DNA of 63,975 nt, the filler included, from Acidimicrobiia bacterium (GTDB lineage Bacteria; Actinomycetota; Acidimicrobiia; Spongiisociales; SHLN01): the NCBI GenBank assembly GCA_041619515.1. It is 3 parts of 3 records of this genome, joined end to end, with 100 filler letters (N's around TTAATTAATTAA, not from the genome) between each part and the next. Parts side by side here need not be neighbours in the genome. Positions count along the whole stretch, not along the records: positions 1 to 30,253 come from JBFKDW010000031.1; 2 more parts are not named here. One strand, written 5' to 3'. Positions 1-12,850 of the stretch are shown here, one piece after another (position 1 is the first letter of the stretch; each line of letters starts with the position of its first letter). A model generated the notes under the pieces. That model ran no database searches. It worked only from the letters and a program-made list of their open reading frames with translations, and was not told where the DNA came from. A program made the translations under genes and the position numbers.

Positions 1-216
1 GTATTCCTTGTTGGCCCGGTTGAATCCGCGCAGCTTGGGAACCCGGCGGGCCAGGGGCAGCTGCCCGCCCTCGAACCCGGGCCGCAGCTTGTTGCGAGCG
101 CCCGTTCCCTTGGTGCCGCGGCCTGCGGTCTTGCCGCGCCGCCCGGCCTCGCCCCGTCCGACCCGGCGCTTGCGCGTCCTGGAGCCCTCGGGTGGCTTGA
201 GATGATGGAGTTTCAC
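1..216 (-). CDS. rplO: 50S ribosomal protein L15 (3' part outside window)
   Basis: Manual translation from GTG 216: [55 protein letters not shown]; overlaps rpmD stop (GTGA). Confidence 0.95.
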   Translation of the reverse strand, partial: MKLHHLKPPEGSRTRKRRVGRGEAGRRGKTAGRGTKGTGARNKLRPGFEGGQLPLARRVPKLRGFNRANKEY

Positions 217-395
217 TGCTCCTCCACTTCTACGAGGTGCGCGACGCGGGCAATCATGCCACGGACGTCGGCGCTATCGGAGTGTTCCACCGTTTGGCGG
301 ATCTTGCGCAAGCCGAGGCTGCGCACGGTGGCGCGGGTCTTCGGCTTCTGCCCGATCGGGCTCTTCTTGAGTGTGATCCTGAGTTTCTTGGCCAT
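213..395 (-). CDS. rpmD: 50S ribosomal protein L30
   Basis: [12 protein letters not shown]...[14 protein letters not shown]; spc operon position. Confidence 0.97.
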   Translation of the reverse strand: MAKKLRITLKKSPIGQKPKTRATVRSLGLRKIRQTVEHSDSADVRGMIARVAHLVEVEEQ

Positions 396-403
396 TCGAT
401 GTC

Positions 404-988
404 CTACGAGGAGGCCTGGTTCCGGCGAGCGATCTCGGTCGCCCGATACGCACCGAGCAGGGCGGGCGGAGTGATTTCCTCCGAGCTCTTCCCGCGGACG
501 GCTGCCACATCCTCGGGCCGTCGCTGGCTCTTGAGCCCGGCGATGGTCGCCTGGGCGACGTTGATGTGGGTGGGAGACCCGAGGCTCTTGGCCAGCACGT
601 CACGCACCCCGGCCGCTTCGAGGATCTGGCGGACCGCTCCGCCGGCGATGACTCCGGTTCCGGGAGCCGCCGGCTTGAGCAGCACTCGCGAGGCGCTGTG
701 GCGTCCGATGATCTGGTGGATGATGGTGCTCCCGGCCATGGGGACATCGAACATCTCCTTGCGAGCGATGTCGATGGCCTTCTGAATGGCGGCAGGCACC
801 TCTTTGGCCTTGCCGTAGCCGAGGCCGACTTTGCCCTTGTTGTCGCCGACTGCCACGAGGGCAGTGAAGGAGAACCGGCGGCCGCCCTTCACGACCTTGG
901 CGACCCGGTTGATGTGGATCACCCGCTCGTCGAATTGGACTCCGTCACCGCCGCCGCGATCGGGCTGGTTTCTTCTGCGCTGGGACAT
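404..988 (-). CDS. rpsE: 30S ribosomal protein S5
   Basis: [36 protein letters not shown]. Confidence 0.98.
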   Translation of the reverse strand: MSQRRRNQPDRGGGDGVQFDERVIHINRVAKVVKGGRRFSFTALVAVGDNKGKVGLGYGKAKEVPAAIQKAIDIARKEMFDVPMAGSTIIHQIIGRHSASRVLLKPAAPGTGVIAGGAVRQILEAAGVRDVLAKSLGSPTHINVAQATIAGLKSQRRPEDVAAVRGKSSEEITPPALLGAYRATEIARRNQASS

Positions 989-991
989 CGT

Positions 992-1339
992 CTAGAACCT
1001 CACTCCTGCTTCTCTGACTGCCTCGGCGAGCGCTTTGACGCGGCCGTGGAACGGATAGCCGCCGCGGTCGAACACAACCTCGGCGATGTCGGCGTCTCCC
1101 GCCCGCTCGGCGAGCAACTTCCCGACCTCGGCGGCCCGCTCGACACTCAGGCTCTTGCCCCGCAGGGTCGGCTCCTGGGAAGAGGCCGCTACCAGGGTGC
1201 GACCGACCTCGTCGTCGATGATCTGGGCATAGATGTACCGATTCGACTTGTAGACCGCCAGACGGGGCCGGGCGGCGGTCCCGTGCACCTTCTTGCGAAC
1301 CCGGGCATGACGCCGGTCGCGGGCTGCTCGGCGTCCCAT
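992..1339 (-). CDS. rplR: 50S ribosomal protein L18
   Basis: [38 protein letters not shown]. Confidence 0.97.
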   Translation of the reverse strand: MGRRAARDRRHARVRKKVHGTAARPRLAVYKSNRYIYAQIIDDEVGRTLVAASSQEPTLRGKSLSVERAAEVGKLLAERAGDADIAEVVFDRGGYPFHGRVKALAEAVREAGVRF

Positions 1340-1887
1340 CACGCAGCCCCGGGTACGCCGGCCTTGCCGGCTTTGCGACGTACGTACTCGTCGACGTAGC
1401 GGATACCTTTGCCCTTGTAGGGCTCGGGAGGCCTGACTTTGCGGATGTCGGCCGACGCCTGACCGACCCGCTCCTTGTCGATGCCGCTGACGATCACTTT
1501 GGTCGGCTCCGGCACCTCAAACGACACACCCTCGGGAGGCTCGATCGCCACCGGGTGCGAGAAGCCGACCTGGAGCTCGAGACCCTTGCCCTTGAGTGCG
1601 GCCCGGTAGCCGACCCCCACCAACTGGAGCTCGCGGGTATACCCTTCCGAGACCCCGGTGACCATGTTGGCGAGCAGGGCACGGGCCAGGCCGTGCATGG
1701 CGCGCGAACGGCGGTCGTCGGCCGGGCGCTCCACCCGCACCTCGCCGTCGGCAACGGAAAAGGTGACCTCTTCGGGGAAGGTCCGCTCCAGGCTCCCCTT
1801 GGAGCCCTTGACCGCGACGGTCCTGCCGTCGACCTTGACCTCGACGCCCGACGGGATGGGGACTGGTTGTTTGCCAACGCGGCTCAT
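1339..1887 (-). CDS. rplF: 50S ribosomal protein L6
   Basis: MSRVGKQPV...[16 protein letters not shown] overlaps rpsH stop. Confidence 0.98.
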   Translation of the reverse strand: MSRVGKQPVPIPSGVEVKVDGRTVAVKGSKGSLERTFPEEVTFSVADGEVRVERPADDRRSRAMHGLARALLANMVTGVSEGYTRELQLVGVGYRAALKGKGLELQVGFSHPVAIEPPEGVSFEVPEPTKVIVSGIDKERVGQASADIRKVRPPEPYKGKGIRYVDEYVRRKAGKAGVPGAA

Positions 1888-2282
1888 TACCACACCTCAC
1901 AGATGATCTCGCCGCCCAGCTTGCGACGGCGGCATTCACGGTCGACCAGCAGGCCCTGGGAGGTCGACACGATGGTGACGCCCAGGCCGCCCTGCACGCG
2001 CGGCAGGTCCGAAGCGCTGCTGTACAGGCGGCGCCCCGGCTTGGACACTCGCCGGAGGCCCTGCAGCACGCGTTGGCGATCCTCGGTATACCGCAGCGAC
2101 ACGGTGAGATCCTTGCCCGGGTCTCCAGGGCGGACCTCGAAACCGTCCACGTACCCCTCGGCGGCCAGGAGCTTGGCGATCTCCTCCTTCACCTTGGAGG
2201 AGGGCATCGTCACCTGCTCCTTCATCGCCAGGTTGGCGTTGCGGATGCGGGTGAGCATGTCGGCGATCGGATCGGTGGGCAT
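1887..2282 (-). CDS. rpsH: 30S ribosomal protein S8
   Basis: TDPIADMLTRIRNA, RVSKPGRRLY, GGEIICEVW. Confidence 0.98.
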   Translation of the reverse strand: MPTDPIADMLTRIRNANLAMKEQVTMPSSKVKEEIAKLLAAEGYVDGFEVRPGDPGKDLTVSLRYTEDRQRVLQGLRRVSKPGRRLYSSASDLPRVQGGLGVTIVSTSQGLLVDRECRRRKLGGEIICEVW

Positions 2283-2467
2283 TACCAGGATCCCTTTCTC
2301 ACGCCGGGGAGCTCACCGCGATGGGCCAGCTCGCGCACGCATATCCGGCACATGCCGAACTTGCGCATGTAGGCCCGGGGACGTCCACAGCGCCGGCATC
2401 GGTTGTAGGCGCGCACGGCATACTTCGGTTTGCGGTTTGCCTTTGCGATCATTGATTTCTTGGCCAT
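2282..2467 (-). CDS. rpsZ: 30S ribosomal protein S14, short Zn-binding type Z
   Basis: 61 aa, CRRC...CRIC zinc motif. Confidence 0.96.
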   Translation of the reverse strand: MAKKSMIAKANRKPKYAVRAYNRCRRCGRPRAYMRKFGMCRICVRELAHRGELPGVRKGSW

Positions 2468-2470
2468 TGG

Positions 2471-3031
2471 TCAGACTCTCGCTTCTTGTTGGCGGAAGGG
2501 GAAGCCGAACGCCCGCAGCAGTGCTCGCCCGCCCTCGTCGTCTTCGGCGGTCGTGACGATCGTGATATCCATGCCTTCGATCTTGCCGACTTCGTCGTAG
2601 CTGATCTCGGGAAAGATCAGCTGCTCGGTCACTCCGAAGGTGTAGTTGCCGCGACCGTCGAACGAATTCGGGTTGAGGCCACGGAAGTCCCGGATACGCG
2701 GAATCGCCAGGGCAATCAATCGATCGAGGAACTCCCACATGCGATCGCCCCGCAGGGTGACCGACACACCGATGGGATTGCCTTCTCTCAGCTTGAAGTT
2801 GGCGATCGACTTGCGGGCCCGGTTCACCTTGGGCGCCTGACCGGTGATGACGGCCAGGTCCTTGACCGCCCCGTCGATGATCTTCGAGTCACCGAGGGCA
2901 TCACCGAGGCCCATGTTCACCGAGATCTTCACCAGGCGGGGCACCCGCATGACGTTGTCGAGGCCCAGCTCCTCCTGGAGCCGGCTCTGTAGTTCGTTGA
3001 CGTAGCGCTCTTTGAGCCGGGGGGAGGTCAC
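2471..3031 (-). CDS. rplE: 50S ribosomal protein L5
   Basis: [21 protein letters not shown] 3031 overlaps rplX stop. Confidence 0.97.
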   Translation of the reverse strand: MTSPRLKERYVNELQSRLQEELGLDNVMRVPRLVKISVNMGLGDALGDSKIIDGAVKDLAVITGQAPKVNRARKSIANFKLREGNPIGVSVTLRGDRMWEFLDRLIALAIPRIRDFRGLNPNSFDGRGNYTFGVTEQLIFPEISYDEVGKIEGMDITIVTTAEDDEGGRALLRAFGFPFRQQEARV

Positions 3032-3333
3032 AGTTCGCCCTCGCATTTCACACAGATGCGCACCTTTTCGCCCTTGTCGTTGATGCGGCTTCCGATGCGG
3101 GTCGGGCCGCATTTGGGACAGATGATCATCACGTTCGAGGCGTCGATCGGCATGTCCTTGTCGACGATGCCTCCCTGCATGGTCTGTCCACGCGGGCGCT
3201 CGTGGCGCCGGGCGGTGGCCACGCCTTCCACGATGATCCGGTTCTTCTTCGGGATGATCCTGGCGATCTTGGCTTCCTTACCGGCATCCTTGCCGGTGAT
3301 GACTTTCACGGTGTCTCCGGAGCGGAGTTTCAT
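3028..3333 (-). CDS. rplX: 50S ribosomal protein L24
   Basis: KOW motif [22 protein letters not shown]. Confidence 0.97.
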   Translation of the reverse strand: MKLRSGDTVKVITGKDAGKEAKIARIIPKKNRIIVEGVATARRHERPRGQTMQGGIVDKDMPIDASNVMIICPKCGPTRIGSRINDKGEKVRICVKCEGEL

Positions 3334-3701
3334 CACAGCACCTCCGGGGCGAGTGAGACGATTCGCATGAATTTCTTGTCACGCAGTTCACGAGCCACCG
3401 GCCCGAAGATGCGGGTGCCGCGCGGCTGTTTCTGCTCGTTGATGATCACGCAGGCGTTCTCGTCGAAACGGATGTAGGTTCCGTCGGGCCGACGCCGCTC
3501 CTTCTTGGTGCGAACCACGACGGCCCGGACCACCTCGCCGCGCTTGATGCCGCCCCCGGGGATGGCGTCCTTGACGGTGCAGACGATCTCATCGCCGATC
3601 CCGGCGTACCGGCGGCTGGAGCCGCCGAGGACGCGGATGCACAGGACCTCACGGGCCCCACTGTTGTCCGCTACCTTGAGACGGCTTTCCTGCTGAATCA
3701 T
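3333..3701 (-). CDS. rplN: 50S ribosomal protein L14
   Basis: [16 protein letters not shown]...IVSLAPEVL. Confidence 0.99.
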   Translation of the reverse strand: MIQQESRLKVADNSGAREVLCIRVLGGSSRRYAGIGDEIVCTVKDAIPGGGIKRGEVVRAVVVRTKKERRRPDGTYIRFDENACVIINEQKQPRGTRIFGPVARELRDKKFMRIVSLAPEVL

Positions 3702-3713
3702 GTGCCTGTTTCC

Positions 3714-3971
3714 TTACTCGGCCCGCTCGACCACTTCGGCCACCCGCCACCGTTTGGTCTTCGAGATCGGCCGGGTCTCCTCCACCCGCACGGTGTCACC
3801 GAGGTGGGCGTCGTTCGACTCGTCGTGGGCATGAAGGCGGGTCTGGCGGCTCACCGTCTTCGCATACTTGGGGTGCAAGACCGAGTTGGTGATTTCGACG
3901 GTAACGGTCTTGTCGCGTTTCTCCGAGACGACGACCCCTACCCGGGTCTTGCGGCGAGCTCGCTCAACCAT
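3714..3971 (-). CDS. rpsQ: 30S ribosomal protein S17
   Basis: [25 protein letters not shown]. Confidence 0.97.
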   Translation of the reverse strand: MVERARRKTRVGVVVSEKRDKTVTVEITNSVLHPKYAKTVSRQTRLHAHDESNDAHLGDTVRVEETRPISKTKRWRVAEVVERAE

Positions 3972-4185
3972 TGCTCTTCTCCTGCTCGTAGTACGCCTCG
4001 ATTTCCATTTCGCGCATGATGGTGGCAATGCGGGCAACCTCCCGCCGCACCTCCGGGAGCCGGGCGGTGTTGTCAAGCTGATTGGTGGCGAACTGGAAGC
4101 GCAGATTGAACGCCTCCTCTTTCGCCTCGACCAGCTTGTCGGCCAGCTCCTCGTACGACAGCTCTCGCAATTCGGAGGCCTTCAT
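3964..4185 (-). CDS. rpmC: 50S ribosomal protein L29
   Basis: [10 protein letters not shown]...[18 protein letters not shown]. Confidence 0.97.
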   Translation of the reverse strand: MKASELRELSYEELADKLVEAKEEAFNLRFQFATNQLDNTARLPEVRREVARIATIMREMEIEAYYEQEKSNG

Positions 4186-4595
4186 GTCTCCTCCCGGGTC
4201 ACGAACTTCGTGCGCAGCGGCAGCTTGTGGCCGGCCAGGCGCATCGCCTCTCGAGCGAGGGCCTCGTCGACCCCCGACAGCTCGAACATCACCCGGCCGG
4301 GCTTCACGACTGCCACCCAGTACTCAGGATTGCCCTTGCCCGACCCCATGCGCGTCTCGGCCGGCTTCTCGGTGACCGGCTTGTCGGGGAACACGTTGAT
4401 CCACACTTTGCCGCCACGCTTGATATGGCGGGTCATGGCAATACGAGCCGCCTCAATCTGGCGTGCGGTGATCCAGCCGGCCGTCTGAGCCTGCAATCCG
4501 TAGTCTCCGAAGGTCACCTGGTTCCCACCCTTGGTGGTGCCCTTCATCCGGCCCCGGTGCTGTTTGCGGTACTTCGTCCGCTTGGGCATGAGCAT
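4182..4595 (-). CDS. rplP: 50S ribosomal protein L16
   Basis: [27 protein letters not shown]. Confidence 0.99.
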   Translation of the reverse strand: MLMPKRTKYRKQHRGRMKGTTKGGNQVTFGDYGLQAQTAGWITARQIEAARIAMTRHIKRGGKVWINVFPDKPVTEKPAETRMGSGKGNPEYWVAVVKPGRVMFELSGVDEALAREAMRLAGHKLPLRTKFVTREET

Positions 4596-4598
4596 CGC

Positions 4599-5621
4599 CT
4601 AGGCCTCCTCCTCGGGTGCCCCGGCACTCTCGTCGGTGGCCTCGGCTGCGGGTGCCTTTGCCTCGGGCTCGGCGCCGCTTGCCTCGCCGTCGGCCGCACC
4701 GGTTTCCAGCTCGTCGGCGGTCTCGTCGGGCTCGACGGCGGGGGTCTCGAGGTCGTCGCTCGAATCATCGTCGGTGTCGTCGTCGAACGAGTCTTTGGCC
4801 TCCGGCCGGCCCTCACCCTTGCGGCGCCCACCGCCGGCTTCGATGAGGCGCTTGCCGCCACCGGCCTCGATGAGCTTCTTGGAACGGTCTTCACCGGCTG
4901 CCACCTCAGCCCTCGCCTTGACGGGGGCGACGTGGGACGGGGCACCTGCGGCCAGGGCGGCTTCGGCGGCGATCTTCTCGCGGGTGGTGGATAGAGAGGG
5001 AACCACGTCGCCCTTGTAGACCCAGCATTTGATGCCGATGGCGCCGACGGTGGTGCGGGCGGTTGCCTCGCCGTAGTCGACGTCGGCTCGCAAGGTGTGG
5101 AGAGGCACGCGGCCTTCTCGATACCACTCACGCCGTCCCATGTCGGAGCCGCCCAGCCTGCCCTTGGCTTCCACGCGCACTCCGAGGGCGCCGGCCTTCA
5201 TGGCGGTTTGCACGGCTCGCTTCATGGCACGGCGGAACGCCACCCGGCCTTGGAGCTGGTCGGCGATACCGCGAGCCAGCAGCGCTGCGTCGGTCTCGGG
5301 GTCCTTCACCTCAATCACATTGAGCTTGACGGGTCGGCCGGTGATCTTGTCGAGCCCGGCCCGCAGCCGGTCTGCCTCAACCCCGCGGCGGCCGATCACC
5401 ACTCCGGGGCGGGCGGTGTGGACGTCGATCTGGATTTGATCGCCGATGCGCTCGATCTCGATTCTGGACACGGCGCCGCGCAGCAGCTCCCCGTTCAAGT
5501 AGTCGCGAATCTCAGAATCCTCGTTGACGAGATCGGCGTAGCCCTTGTCGGCGTGCCAGCGTGATTTCCAGTCGGTGGTTATCCCGAGACGGAAACCGTA
5601 CGGGTGGACCTTTTGACCCAT
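4599..5621 (-). CDS. rpsC: 30S ribosomal protein S3 with long acidic C-terminal tail
   Basis: [13 protein letters not shown] start at 5621; [14 protein letters not shown]. Confidence 0.97.
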   Translation of the reverse strand: MGQKVHPYGFRLGITTDWKSRWHADKGYADLVNEDSEIRDYLNGELLRGAVSRIEIERIGDQIQIDVHTARPGVVIGRRGVEADRLRAGLDKITGRPVKLNVIEVKDPETDAALLARGIADQLQGRVAFRRAMKRAVQTAMKAGALGVRVEAKGRLGGSDMGRREWYREGRVPLHTLRADVDYGEATARTTVGAIGIKCWVYKGDVVPSLSTTREKIAAEAALAAGAPSHVAPVKARAEVAAGEDRSKKLIEAGGGKRLIEAGGGRRKGEGRPEAKDSFDDDTDDDSSDDLETPAVEPDETADELETGAADGEASGAEPEAKAPAAEATDESAGAPEEEA

Positions 5622-5962
5622 CAGGCGTCCTCTCGTTCTGCCACACCGACCACGATGTGGCTGGTGCGCTTGTCGATTCTTCCGGCCCGACCTCGTGCCC
5701 GGGGCCGGAACCGCTTGAGTGTGGGCCCTTCGCCGGCGTACGCCTCGGCCACATAGAGACTGTCGACGTCGAGCGCGTTGTTGTGCTCGGCGTTTGCGAT
5801 CGCCGAGTTCAGCACTTTGGCGACGGACTCCGCGGCCCGCCGGTTCGTGAACTCGAGCGTGACGCGGGCCTCCTCCACCGGCAATCCCCGGATCAGATCG
5901 AGCACGCGGCGCACCTTCGAGGGTGACTGGCGAATATGGCGGGCCTCGGCTTTTACGATCAT
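5621..5962 (-). CDS. rplV: 50S ribosomal protein L22
   Basis: [24 protein letters not shown]. Confidence 0.98.
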   Translation of the reverse strand: MIVKAEARHIRQSPSKVRRVLDLIRGLPVEEARVTLEFTNRRAAESVAKVLNSAIANAEHNNALDVDSLYVAEAYAGEGPTLKRFRPRARGRAGRIDKRTSHIVVGVAEREDA

Positions 5963-6237
5963 CCTCGCCTCGCTCTGCTGTCACCGGCGTGGCCGCGGAA
6001 GGTGCGGGTAATGGCGAACTCGCCCAGCTTGTGGCCGACCATCGACTCGGTGATGTACACCGGCACGTGCTTGCGGCCGTCGTGCACCGCGATCGTGTGC
6101 CCGACCATCTCGGGGAAGATCGTCGAACGTCGGCTCCAGGTGCGGATGACACGCTTCTCGTTGCGCGAGTTGAGGTCCTCGACCTTCTTCATCAGATGGT
6201 CATCGACAAACGGGCCCTTCTTGAGGCTTCTCGTCAT
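5959..6237 (-). CDS. rpsS: 30S ribosomal protein S19
   Basis: [20 protein letters not shown]. Confidence 0.99.
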   Translation of the reverse strand: MTRSLKKGPFVDDHLMKKVEDLNSRNEKRVIRTWSRRSTIFPEMVGHTIAVHDGRKHVPVYITESMVGHKLGEFAITRTFRGHAGDSRARRG

Positions 6238-6271
6238 ATCAATTCCCCCGGAAAGCTGGTTCTACCGTTCA

Positions 6272-7105
6272 TCAGGACCGCCGTTTCTTCGAGCGACGCC
6301 GCACGATGTCGCGGTCGCTTTGCTTGTTCTTCTTGCGGGTGCGCCCCTCCGGCTTGCCCCACGGGCTCACCGGGTGGCGTCCACCCGAGCTCTTGCCTTC
6401 TCCTCCACCGAGCGGATGGTCGACGGGGTTCATGACGACACCCCGGGACTGGGGTCGCTTGCCCTTCCACCGGTTGCGGCCGGCCTTGCCGATCTTGATG
6501 AGCTCGGCCTCGGGATTGCCAACCTGCCCAACCGTGGCCCGGGCGTCGAGCGGGACGTTGCGCATTTCACCCGAGGGCAGGCGCAGCAGCGCAAAGTCGC
6601 CTTCTTTGGCCACCAGCTGGACCGACGTGCCCGCCGAGCGTGCCAGCTTGGCGCCCCCGCCCGGACGCAGCTCGATCGCGTGGACCGACGTGCCGGCGGG
6701 AATGTTGCGCAGCGGCAGCGCATTACCAGGACGGATATCGGCTCCGCTGCCTGATTCGAGGACGGTGCCGACCGTGACGCCGACCGGAGCGAGGATGTAG
6801 CGCTTCTCTCCGTCGTAGTAGTTGAGCAGGGCGATGCGGGCGTTGCGGTTGGGGTCGTATTCGATGGAAGCCACCTTGGCCGGTACGCCGTCCTTGTTGC
6901 GGCGAAAGTCGATGACCCGGTACCGGCGTTTGTGCCCGCCGCCCCGATGGCGCGATGTGATGCGGCCGTGGACGTTGCGGCCGCTGGAGCGGGTCTGGGA
7001 CTCGAGCAGGCTCTTCTCCGGCTTCGAGGTCGTGATCTCGGCGAAGTCCGAGACGGTCTGAAACCGGCGGCCCGGCGACGTTGGCTTGTAGCGCTTGGTT
7101 GGCAT
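6272..7105 (-). CDS. rplB: 50S ribosomal protein L2
   Basis: [27 protein letters not shown]. Confidence 0.99.
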   Translation of the reverse strand: MPTKRYKPTSPGRRFQTVSDFAEITTSKPEKSLLESQTRSSGRNVHGRITSRHRGGGHKRRYRVIDFRRNKDGVPAKVASIEYDPNRNARIALLNYYDGEKRYILAPVGVTVGTVLESGSGADIRPGNALPLRNIPAGTSVHAIELRPGGGAKLARSAGTSVQLVAKEGDFALLRLPSGEMRNVPLDARATVGQVGNPEAELIKIGKAGRNRWKGKRPQSRGVVMNPVDHPLGGGEGKSSGGRHPVSPWGKPEGRTRKKNKQSDRDIVRRRSKKRRS

Positions 7106-7113
7106 GGTCTGTC

Positions 7114-7401
7114 CTATACCTCGAAGATGTCGATCGAGTCGCCGTCGGCGAGGGTCACGATGGCGTGCTTGCGGTCGGGGCGCTTGCCGACTTTGTAGCC
7201 GTAGCGGCGCTTCTTGCCTTTGCGGTTGATGGTGTTGACCTTGCGGACCTTGACTTCGAAGATCTCCTCGACGGCGTGGCGGATCTCGGTCTTGTTCGCC
7301 CGCCGGTCGACGATGAACGTGTAGGCATTGAGGACATCGATGCCGTCATAGGCCTTCTCAGACACGACCGGCTCGATGATGACGTCGCGGGCGCTCCTCA
7401 T
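7114..7401 (-). CDS. rplW: 50S ribosomal protein L23
   Basis: [21 protein letters not shown]. Confidence 0.97.
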   Translation of the reverse strand: MRSARDVIIEPVVSEKAYDGIDVLNAYTFIVDRRANKTEIRHAVEEIFEVKVRKVNTINRKGKKRRYGYKVGKRPDRKHAIVTLADGDSIDIFEV

Positions 7402-8120
7402 TCGGCCGTCTCCTCGTCGTCTGCTCCGGCCCCAGCCTCGGCTTCAGCCGGCTGATCGGCAGCCTCCTTGACAAAGTCCTCGTCGCCGACCGAGTAGTCG
7501 CTCGACCCGCTGGCAGAACCGAGGGTCCCGGTGGTGAACACAACAGTGTCGGCCCACAGGACGTCGTATGGGTTGAGCTGACCATTCACGATCACGTTCT
7601 TCAGGTTGCGGAGCGACAGGTAGGCAGTGGTTTCGGAGCGGTCGAGCACCACGAGCACCTTGGCGCCGGTCTCCATCGCGGCGAGGAGGTCCAATGCCCG
7701 CTTGGTTTTCGGCTCGTCCCAATCGAAGCCCTCCACCACCCGGATCTGGCCATCGGCGGCTCTCGCCGACAGGGCCGAACGAAGGGCAAGGCGCTTCATC
7801 TTCTTCGGGGTGCGCTGGGAGTAATCGCGGGGCTTGGGCCCGTGGGCGACGCCGCCGCCGGTCCAGCTGGGGGACCGAATCGAGCCGTGCCGGGCCCGGC
7901 CGAGGCCCTTCTGACGCCACGGCTTGCGGCCTCCGCCGCGCACTTCGGCGCGGGTCTTCGTGCTGTGGGTGCCCGCCCGAGCAGCCGCCAGCTGGGCAGT
8001 TACCACCTGGTGCAGCACCGCCGCGTTCGGCTCGATCCCGAACACGGTAGCGTCCAGCGTGACATCGCCCCTCGGCGAGCCGTCGGCGGCAAACAGCGGG
8101 GCGGTGAGCTTCTCAGCCAC
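7398..8120 (-). CDS. rplD: 50S ribosomal protein L4
   Basis: [29 protein letters not shown]. Confidence 0.98.
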   Translation of the reverse strand: MAEKLTAPLFAADGSPRGDVTLDATVFGIEPNAAVLHQVVTAQLAAARAGTHSTKTRAEVRGGGRKPWRQKGLGRARHGSIRSPSWTGGGVAHGPKPRDYSQRTPKKMKRLALRSALSARAADGQIRVVEGFDWDEPKTKRALDLLAAMETGAKVLVVLDRSETTAYLSLRNLKNVIVNGQLNPYDVLWADTVVFTTGTLGSASGSSDYSVGDEDFVKEAADQPAEAEAGAGADDEETAE

Positions 8121-8751
8121 CGGCTTTCACCGCCTTTCGCACCACTACAACCGAGCCCTTGGAGCCGGGAACGGCACCGCGCAGCATGGCAAGGCCGCGG
8201 GCGGCGTCCACTTGCACGATGTCGAGGTTCAGCACCGTGGTCTGTTGTCCGCCCATCCGCCCCGCCATCGGCATTCCTTTGAACACGCGAGCGGGAGTGG
8301 CACAGGCGCCGATCGACCCCGGGGCCCGATGCACCCGGTGCACACCGTGGCTGGCGCCCTGGCCGGAAAAGTTGTGCCGCTTCATGACGCCTGCGAAGCC
8401 CTTCCCCTTGCTGATACCGGCGACGTCGGCCTTCTGGCCGACCTCGAGCACGTCGGAGACATTGATCTCCTGACCGACCTTGTACTCACTGGCATCGGGG
8501 ACCCGCACTTCGATGAGATGACGCGCCGGCGGCACGTTCGCCTTGCCGAAGTGCCCGGCCATCGGCTTGTTGACCTTGCGGGGATCCAATTCCCGGTAGG
8601 ACATCTGGATGGCGTCGTACCCATCGGTGGCGACCGTCTTCACCTGGACGACCCGGCACGGGCCCAGTTTGACGACGGTGACCGGAATAGTCCGGGAGTC
8701 CTCGTCGAACAGCTGGGTCATGCCCAACTTCTCGCCGATGAGGGCGTTCAC
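8113..8751 (-). CDS. rplC: 50S ribosomal protein L3
   Basis: [28 protein letters not shown] 8751 overlaps rpsJ stop. Confidence 0.98.
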   Translation of the reverse strand: MNALIGEKLGMTQLFDEDSRTIPVTVVKLGPCRVVQVKTVATDGYDAIQMSYRELDPRKVNKPMAGHFGKANVPPARHLIEVRVPDASEYKVGQEINVSDVLEVGQKADVAGISKGKGFAGVMKRHNFSGQGASHGVHRVHRAPGSIGACATPARVFKGMPMAGRMGGQQTTVLNLDIVQVDAARGLAMLRGAVPGSKGSVVVVRKAVKAGG

Positions 8752-9059
8752 AGCTTGATCTCCACTTCCACCCCGGCAGGCAGGTCGAGGCGCATCAGCG
8801 AGTCGACCGTCTTGGCGGTCGGCTCGAGGATGTCGATGAGGCGCTTGTGGATCCTCATCTCGAAATGCTCCCGCGAGTCCTTGTCCACATGGGGCCCGCG
8901 AATCACGCAATAGCGGTGAATCTGGGTCGGTAGCGGCACCGGTCCGCGGATCTTCGCCTGGGTGCGCACTACCGTTTCGGCGATCTTGCGCGCCGACTCG
9001 TCGACCACTTCGTGGTCGTACGCCTTGAGGCGAATGCGGATCTTCTGACCGGTTGCCAT
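8748..9059 (-). CDS. rpsJ: 30S ribosomal protein S10
   Basis: [28 protein letters not shown]. Confidence 0.99.
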   Translation of the reverse strand: MATGQKIRIRLKAYDHEVVDESARKIAETVVRTQAKIRGPVPLPTQIHRYCVIRGPHVDKDSREHFEMRIHKRLIDILEPTAKTVDSLMRLDLPAGVEVEIKL

Positions 9060-9080
9060 TGCTATTTGCTCGTTTCTGTC

Positions 9081-10271
9081 CTATTCGAGGATCTTGGTCA
9101 CGCGGCCGGCGCCGACGGTGCGCCCGCCTTCGCGAATGGCGAAGCGCAGGCCCTCGTCCATGGCGATGGGAGCGATGAGCTCGACGGTCATCTCGGTATT
9201 GTCGCCCGGCATGACCATCTCGGTGCCTTCGGGGAGCGTGACGTTGCCCGTCACATCCGTCGTGCGGAAATAGAACTGGGGCCGGTATCCCGAGAAGAAG
9301 GGGTTGTGGCGCCCACCCTCGTCCTTGGTGAGGATGTACACCTGGGCCTCGAACTTCGTGTGGGGGGTGATGGAGCCCGGCGCGCAGATGACCTGCCCTC
9401 GCTCGACATCATCCTTGCCGGTGCCGCGCAGCAGCAAGCCGACGTTGTCGCCCGCCTCGGCGCTGTCGAGCAGTTTGCGGAACATCTCGACGCCGGTGAC
9501 CACCGTCTTGGTGGTGGGCCTCAGCCCGACGATCTCCACCTCGGTGTTGATCGCCAGAGTGCCTTGCTCGACGCGACCGGTGACAACCGTGCCGCGGCCC
9601 GTGATCGAGAACACGTCCTCGATGGGCATCTGGAAGGGCTTGTCCTTGTCGCGAACCGGCTGCTCGATATAGGTGTCGACAGCTTCCATCAGCTCCAGGA
9701 TCTGGCCGGCAGCGGCCTCGTCGCCCTCGAGCGCCTTGAGCGCAGAGCCTCGGACGACCGGGATGTCGTCCCCCGGGAACTCGTATTCGGTCAGCAACTC
9801 GCGTACCTCGAGCTCTACGAGATCGAGCAGCTCCTCGTCGTCGACCATGTCCACCTTGTTGAGGAATACCACGATGGCGGGCACACCCACCTGCCGGGCG
9901 AGCAGCACATGCTCACGAGTCTGCGGCATGGGCCCATCGGCGGCCGAGACCACGAGAATGGCGCCGTCCACCTGGGCGGCGCCGGTGATCATGTTCTTGA
10001 TGTAGTCGGCGTGGCCGGGCATGTCGACGTGGGCGTAGTGACGATTGTCGGTCTCGTACTCGACGTGGGCGATGGCAATGGTGATGCCGCGCTCTTTCTC
10101 CTCCGGCGCTTTGTCGATCTCGTCGAAGGCGGTGAAGGAAGTCGTGCTGCCGCTCTTTTCCGACAACACCTTGGTGATGGCGGCAGTCAATGTGGTCTTG
10201 CCATGGTCGATATGACCCATGGTCCCAACGTTGACGTGGGGTTTTGTCCGCTCGAACTTTGACTTTGCCAT
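9081..10271 (-). CDS. tuf: Elongation factor Tu
   Basis: [29 protein letters not shown]. Confidence 0.99.
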   Translation of the reverse strand: MAKSKFERTKPHVNVGTMGHIDHGKTTLTAAITKVLSEKSGSTTSFTAFDEIDKAPEEKERGITIAIAHVEYETDNRHYAHVDMPGHADYIKNMITGAAQVDGAILVVSAADGPMPQTREHVLLARQVGVPAIVVFLNKVDMVDDEELLDLVELEVRELLTEYEFPGDDIPVVRGSALKALEGDEAAAGQILELMEAVDTYIEQPVRDKDKPFQMPIEDVFSITGRGTVVTGRVEQGTLAINTEVEIVGLRPTTKTVVTGVEMFRKLLDSAEAGDNVGLLLRGTGKDDVERGQVICAPGSITPHTKFEAQVYILTKDEGGRHNPFFSGYRPQFYFRTTDVTGNVTLPEGTEMVMPGDNTEMTVELIAPIAMDEGLRFAIREGGRTVGAGRVTKILE

Positions 10272-10286
10272 TGCCTTCTCCTCTTC

Positions 10287-12377
10287 CTATTCGCCGCGGG
10301 TCTTCTTGACGATTTCCTCAGCGATTGTGTTTGGGACTTCTTGATACGAATGAAACTGCATGCTGTAGGCCGCCCTTCCCTGGGTTTGTGACCGCAGGTC
10401 GGTGGCGTACCCGAACATCTCCGAAAGCGGGACGAGGGCGGTGACCACCCGGGCGTTCCCGCGCTGGTCCATGCTTTCGATCTTGCCGCGCCGTGCCGAC
10501 AGGTCGCCGATGACGTCGCCCATGTAGTCCTCAGGCGTGACGACTTCGACTTCCATCACCGGCTCGAGCAGCTTAATGCCGGCCCGCTTGGCGGCCGCCT
10601 GCAGCGCCATCGAGCCGGCAATCCGGAATGCCATCTCGTTGGAGTCGACCGCGTGGAAGGAGCCGTCTACCAGCGTCGCCCGCAGGTCGACGAGCGGGTA
10701 TCCCGCCAGCACGCCCCCCTCGAGGGCTTCCCGCACTCCCTTTTCGACGGCGGGAATGAATTCCCGGGGAATGCGACCGCCGGTGATCTTGTCGATGAAC
10801 TCGAAGCCCTCTCCGGGCAGCGCCGGCTCGAGGTTGATCACGGCGTGGCCGTACTGGCCTTTGCCGCCGGACTGCTTGACGTACTTCCCGTCGATCTTCT
10901 CGACGGCCTTGCCAATCGTTTCGCGGTAGGCGACCTGCGGGCGGCCGACGTTGGCGCCCACGTTGAATTCCCGCACCATCCGATCGACGAGAACGTCGAG
11001 GTGCAGCTCGCCCATCCCGGCGATGATCGTCTGGCCGGTTTCCTCGTCGGAGTGAACGACGAATGTGGGGTCCTCTTCCGACAGACGCTGGAGTGCCTGG
11101 CCCAGCTTCTCCTGATCGCTCTTGGTCTTGGGCTCGATGGCCACCGAGATGACCGGCTCGGGGAAGGTCATCGACTCCAGGACGATGGGCTCCCTGATAT
11201 CGCAGAGGGTGTCGCCGGTCTTGGTGTTCTTCATCCCAATCGCAGCGACGATGTCGCCGGTGAAGACGGCGTCGATGTCTTCCTGGGTGGCGGCGTGCAT
11301 CCGCAGCAGGCGGCCGAACCGCTCTTTCTTGCCATTCGTCGAGTTGGCGACCGTGTCACCCTTTTCGACGCTGCCCGAGTACACGCGGAAGTATGTGAGC
11401 TTGCCGACGTAGGGATCGCTCATGATCTTGAAGGCGATGGCAGAGAACGGCTCGTCGTCGCTCGGCTTGCGCGTGAGGATCTCGTCCTCGTTTCCGGGCT
11501 TGAAGCCGGTCATGGGCGGGAGGTCGAGCGGGTTGGGGAGGAAATCGACTACGGCGTCCAGCAGCGGCTGCACACCTTTGTTCTTGAAGGCGCTTCCGCA
11601 CATGACGGGCGTGAATTCGAGCCCGATCGTCCCGATCCGCAGCCCCTCGACGATGTCTTTCTCGGAAAGGAACCCTTCCTCGATGTAACGGGTGAGCAGA
11701 GTGTCGTCGGTTTCGGCGACGGCCTCCATCAGCTCGCCGTGGTAGGTGCGCGCCTGCTCCTCGTACTCGGCGGGGATGTCCAGCTCGTCCCACTCGGCAC
11801 CCAGATCCTCGTTCTTCCACACCAGCGCCTTCATGCGGACGAGGTCGATGACGCCGGCAAAGTCGGCTTCCGAGCCGATGGGGAGCTGGATCACGACCGG
11901 CCGGGCATCGAGGCGCTCCTTGATTGATTCGACGGCGGCATAGAAATCAGCCCCGGTACGGTCCATCTTGTTGATGAAGCAGATCCGGGGCACACCGTAC
12001 TTGTCGACCTGGCGCCATACCGTCTCGGACTGCGGCTCGACACCGGCCACCCCGTCGAACACCGCCACGGCGCCGTCGAGCACGCGCAGCGATCGTTCCA
12101 CCTCGACGGTGAAATCGACGTGGCCGGGAGTATCGATGATGTTGATCCACTCGTCCTTCCACTTTGCCGTCGTGGCGGCCGAGGTAATAGTGATGCCCCG
12201 CTCTTGCTCTTGCTCCATCCAGTCCATGACCGCGGCGCCCTCGTGGACCTCGCCGATCTTGTAGGTACGGCCGGTGTAGTAGAGGATGCGTTCGGTGGTG
12301 GTCGTCTTGCCCGCGTCGATATGCGCCATGATCCCGATGTTGCGGACCTTCTCGAGGGGGTAGGGACGTTTGGCCAT
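10287..12377 (-). CDS. fusA: Elongation factor G
   Basis: [30 protein letters not shown]. Confidence 0.99.
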   Translation of the reverse strand: MAKRPYPLEKVRNIGIMAHIDAGKTTTTERILYYTGRTYKIGEVHEGAAVMDWMEQEQERGITITSAATTAKWKDEWINIIDTPGHVDFTVEVERSLRVLDGAVAVFDGVAGVEPQSETVWRQVDKYGVPRICFINKMDRTGADFYAAVESIKERLDARPVVIQLPIGSEADFAGVIDLVRMKALVWKNEDLGAEWDELDIPAEYEEQARTYHGELMEAVAETDDTLLTRYIEEGFLSEKDIVEGLRIGTIGLEFTPVMCGSAFKNKGVQPLLDAVVDFLPNPLDLPPMTGFKPGNEDEILTRKPSDDEPFSAIAFKIMSDPYVGKLTYFRVYSGSVEKGDTVANSTNGKKERFGRLLRMHAATQEDIDAVFTGDIVAAIGMKNTKTGDTLCDIREPIVLESMTFPEPVISVAIEPKTKSDQEKLGQALQRLSEEDPTFVVHSDEETGQTIIAGMGELHLDVLVDRMVREFNVGANVGRPQVAYRETIGKAVEKIDGKYVKQSGGKGQYGHAVINLEPALPGEGFEFIDKITGGRIPREFIPAVEKGVREALEGGVLAGYPLVDLRATLVDGSFHAVDSNEMAFRIAGSMALQAAAKRAGIKLLEPVMEVEVVTPEDYMGDVIGDLSARRGKIESMDQRGNARVVTALVPLSEMFGYATDLRSQTQGRAAYSMQFHSYQEVPNTIAEEIVKKTRGE

Positions 12378-12382
12378 GACGG

Positions 12383-12850
12383 TTACCAGCGGTAGTGGGC
12401 GAATGCCTTGTTCGACTCGGCCATCTTGTGGATGTCGTCGCGGCGCTTGACGGCCGCCCCGGTGTTGTCGGAGGCGTCGAGGATCTCATTGGCCAGGCGT
12501 TCGGTCATCGTGTTCTCGCGACGCTTGCGAGCAAACTCGACCAGCCACCGGACCGCCAGGGTATTGGCGCGACGGGGACGAACCTCGACCGGCACCTGAT
12601 AGGAAGAGCCGCCGACGCGGCGCGAACGCACCTCCACCGAGGGCCGGATGTTGTCGATGGCGCGCTTGAGCGTCAGAAGCGGGTCGTCGCCCCGGCGGCG
12701 CTCTACGAGGGCAAGCGCGTCGTACACGATCTTGCGCGACAACTCCTTCTTGCCTTTCCAGAGCACCTTGTTGACGACCTGGCTGACGAGCACCGATCCG
12801 TACACGGGATCAGGGCGGACCTTGCGGACTTCGGCGGCTGAGCGGCGCAT
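12383..12850 (-). CDS. rpsG: 30S ribosomal protein S7
   Basis: [31 protein letters not shown] overlaps rpsL stop. Confidence 0.98.
   Translation of the reverse strand: MRRSAAEVRKVRPDPVYGSVLVSQVVNKVLWKGKKELSRKIVYDALALVERRRGDDPLLTLKRAIDNIRPSVEVRSRRVGGSSYQVPVEVRPRRANTLAVRWLVEFARKRRENTMTERLANEILDASDNTGAAVKRRDDIHKMAESNKAFAHYRW

Noticed and set aside
4599..6152. 517-aa N-terminally extended S3
   Set aside because: The upstream part overlaps rpsS/rplV in another frame; the true start is MGQKVHP at 5621
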